Assembly (NCBI GenBank): GCA_963792965.1
Contig: CAWBYW010000016.1
Span: 128,001-192,000 of the forward strand
Direction: 5' to 3'
DNA from: an uncultured delta proteobacterium
GTDB taxonomy: Bacteria; Desulfobacterota; Zymogenia; Zymogenales; Zymogenaceae
DNA: 64,000 bases
The translations under genes and the position numbers were made by a program. The first letter of the stretch is position 1. Every line of letters begins with the position of its first letter. Positions 63,544 to 64,000 of this stretch are shown here, one piece after another. Below the pieces are notes generated by a model. The model was given only the letters and a program-made list of their open reading frames with translations, was not told the origin of the DNA and ran no database searches.

Positions 63544-63718
63544 ATGATCTAGTCCTTGATTCGTGAGAGTCGGTATACGGCGCCGGTATCAGCGCCAAGA
63601 GGCCGTTCATCTACATCTCATTGACGGGAGCTCCCCACCCGATAAAGAGAACGGCTCATGCCGCTACGATACTAACGCCCCCGCCCATCACAGCGTAAAC
63701 CCCGAGGGCAACGGTAGG

Positions 63719-63734
63719 GGTTCCACGTGAAACC
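63719..63734. promoter_or_regulatory. parS-like site
   Basis: GGTTCCACGTGAAACC versus consensus TGTTNCACGTGAAACA (only the two terminal bases differ), intergenic. Confidence 0.55.
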
Positions 63735-63794
63735 AGGCATCGCGGCCTCAGTACGTGGGACGAGCCGTTTACGCGTGGCCCCGCGATAGCCGGC

Positions 63795-64000
63795 TTACTC
63801 CATCGCTTTAACCATCGCGCGTGCAAATCCCGAGCAGGAGACCTCGGTTGCCCCCTCCATCTGCCGCGCAAGGTCGTAGGTGACGGTTTTCTTGGCGACC
63901 GCGGCTGCAATTGCCCGCCGTACGAGCCCTGCCGCCTCGTGCCACCCCATATGATCGAGCATCAACGCCCCCGAGAGGATGAGCGAGCCGGGGTTGACCT
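63795..64000 (-). CDS. icd: Isocitrate dehydrogenase C-terminus (partial)
   Basis: Manual translation VNPGSLILSGALMLDHMGW.EAA...KTVTYDLARQMEGA; upstream of mdh. Confidence 0.88.
   Translation of the reverse strand, partial: VNPGSLILSGALMLDHMGWHEAAGLVRRAIAAAVAKKTVTYDLARQMEGATEVSCSGFARAMVKAME

Noticed and set aside
1-64000. Genome-wide UGA reassignment (genetic code 4/25)
   Set aside because: TGA is a normal stop for many intact genes here (e.g. rph, mdh, A2M itself), and no other in-frame TGA was seen inside conserved genes
1-64000. Prophage, IS, integrase, rRNA or tRNA genes
   Set aside because: No such signatures recognised in the translations or by eye

Overview
This is a GC-rich bacterial chromosomal segment. 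Its gene content suggests an anaerobic Deltaproteobacteria/Desulfobacterota-like organism (inference). About 50 genes are present, mostly housekeeping, transport and signalling: two ABC importers, radA, a PAS-rich two-component cluster, rsmE, a CHASE2 cyclase, selA, pfkB, HDAC/AcuC, MEMO1, a beta-CASP nuclease, rph-rdgB, and icd-mdh-fumarase alpha. Many genes carry single-base frameshifts, consistent with an unpolished long-read assembly. Main finding: the two alpha-2-macroglobulin ORFs (24993..28178 and 23526..24980) are one reading frame interrupted only by an in-frame TGA. That TGA sits exactly at the thioester cysteine (YPYG-UGA-NEQ instead of YPYG-C-x-EQ). A perfect 8-bp hairpin with a GUU loop, shaped like a bacterial SECIS, follows 12 nt later. 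The gene lies in a co-oriented yfa/mag-like cluster headed by selA. This suggests a selenocysteine-containing alpha-2-macroglobulin with a Sec-Gln selenoester, which I do not know as a described selenoprotein family. A substitution error remains possible and needs checking against reads.
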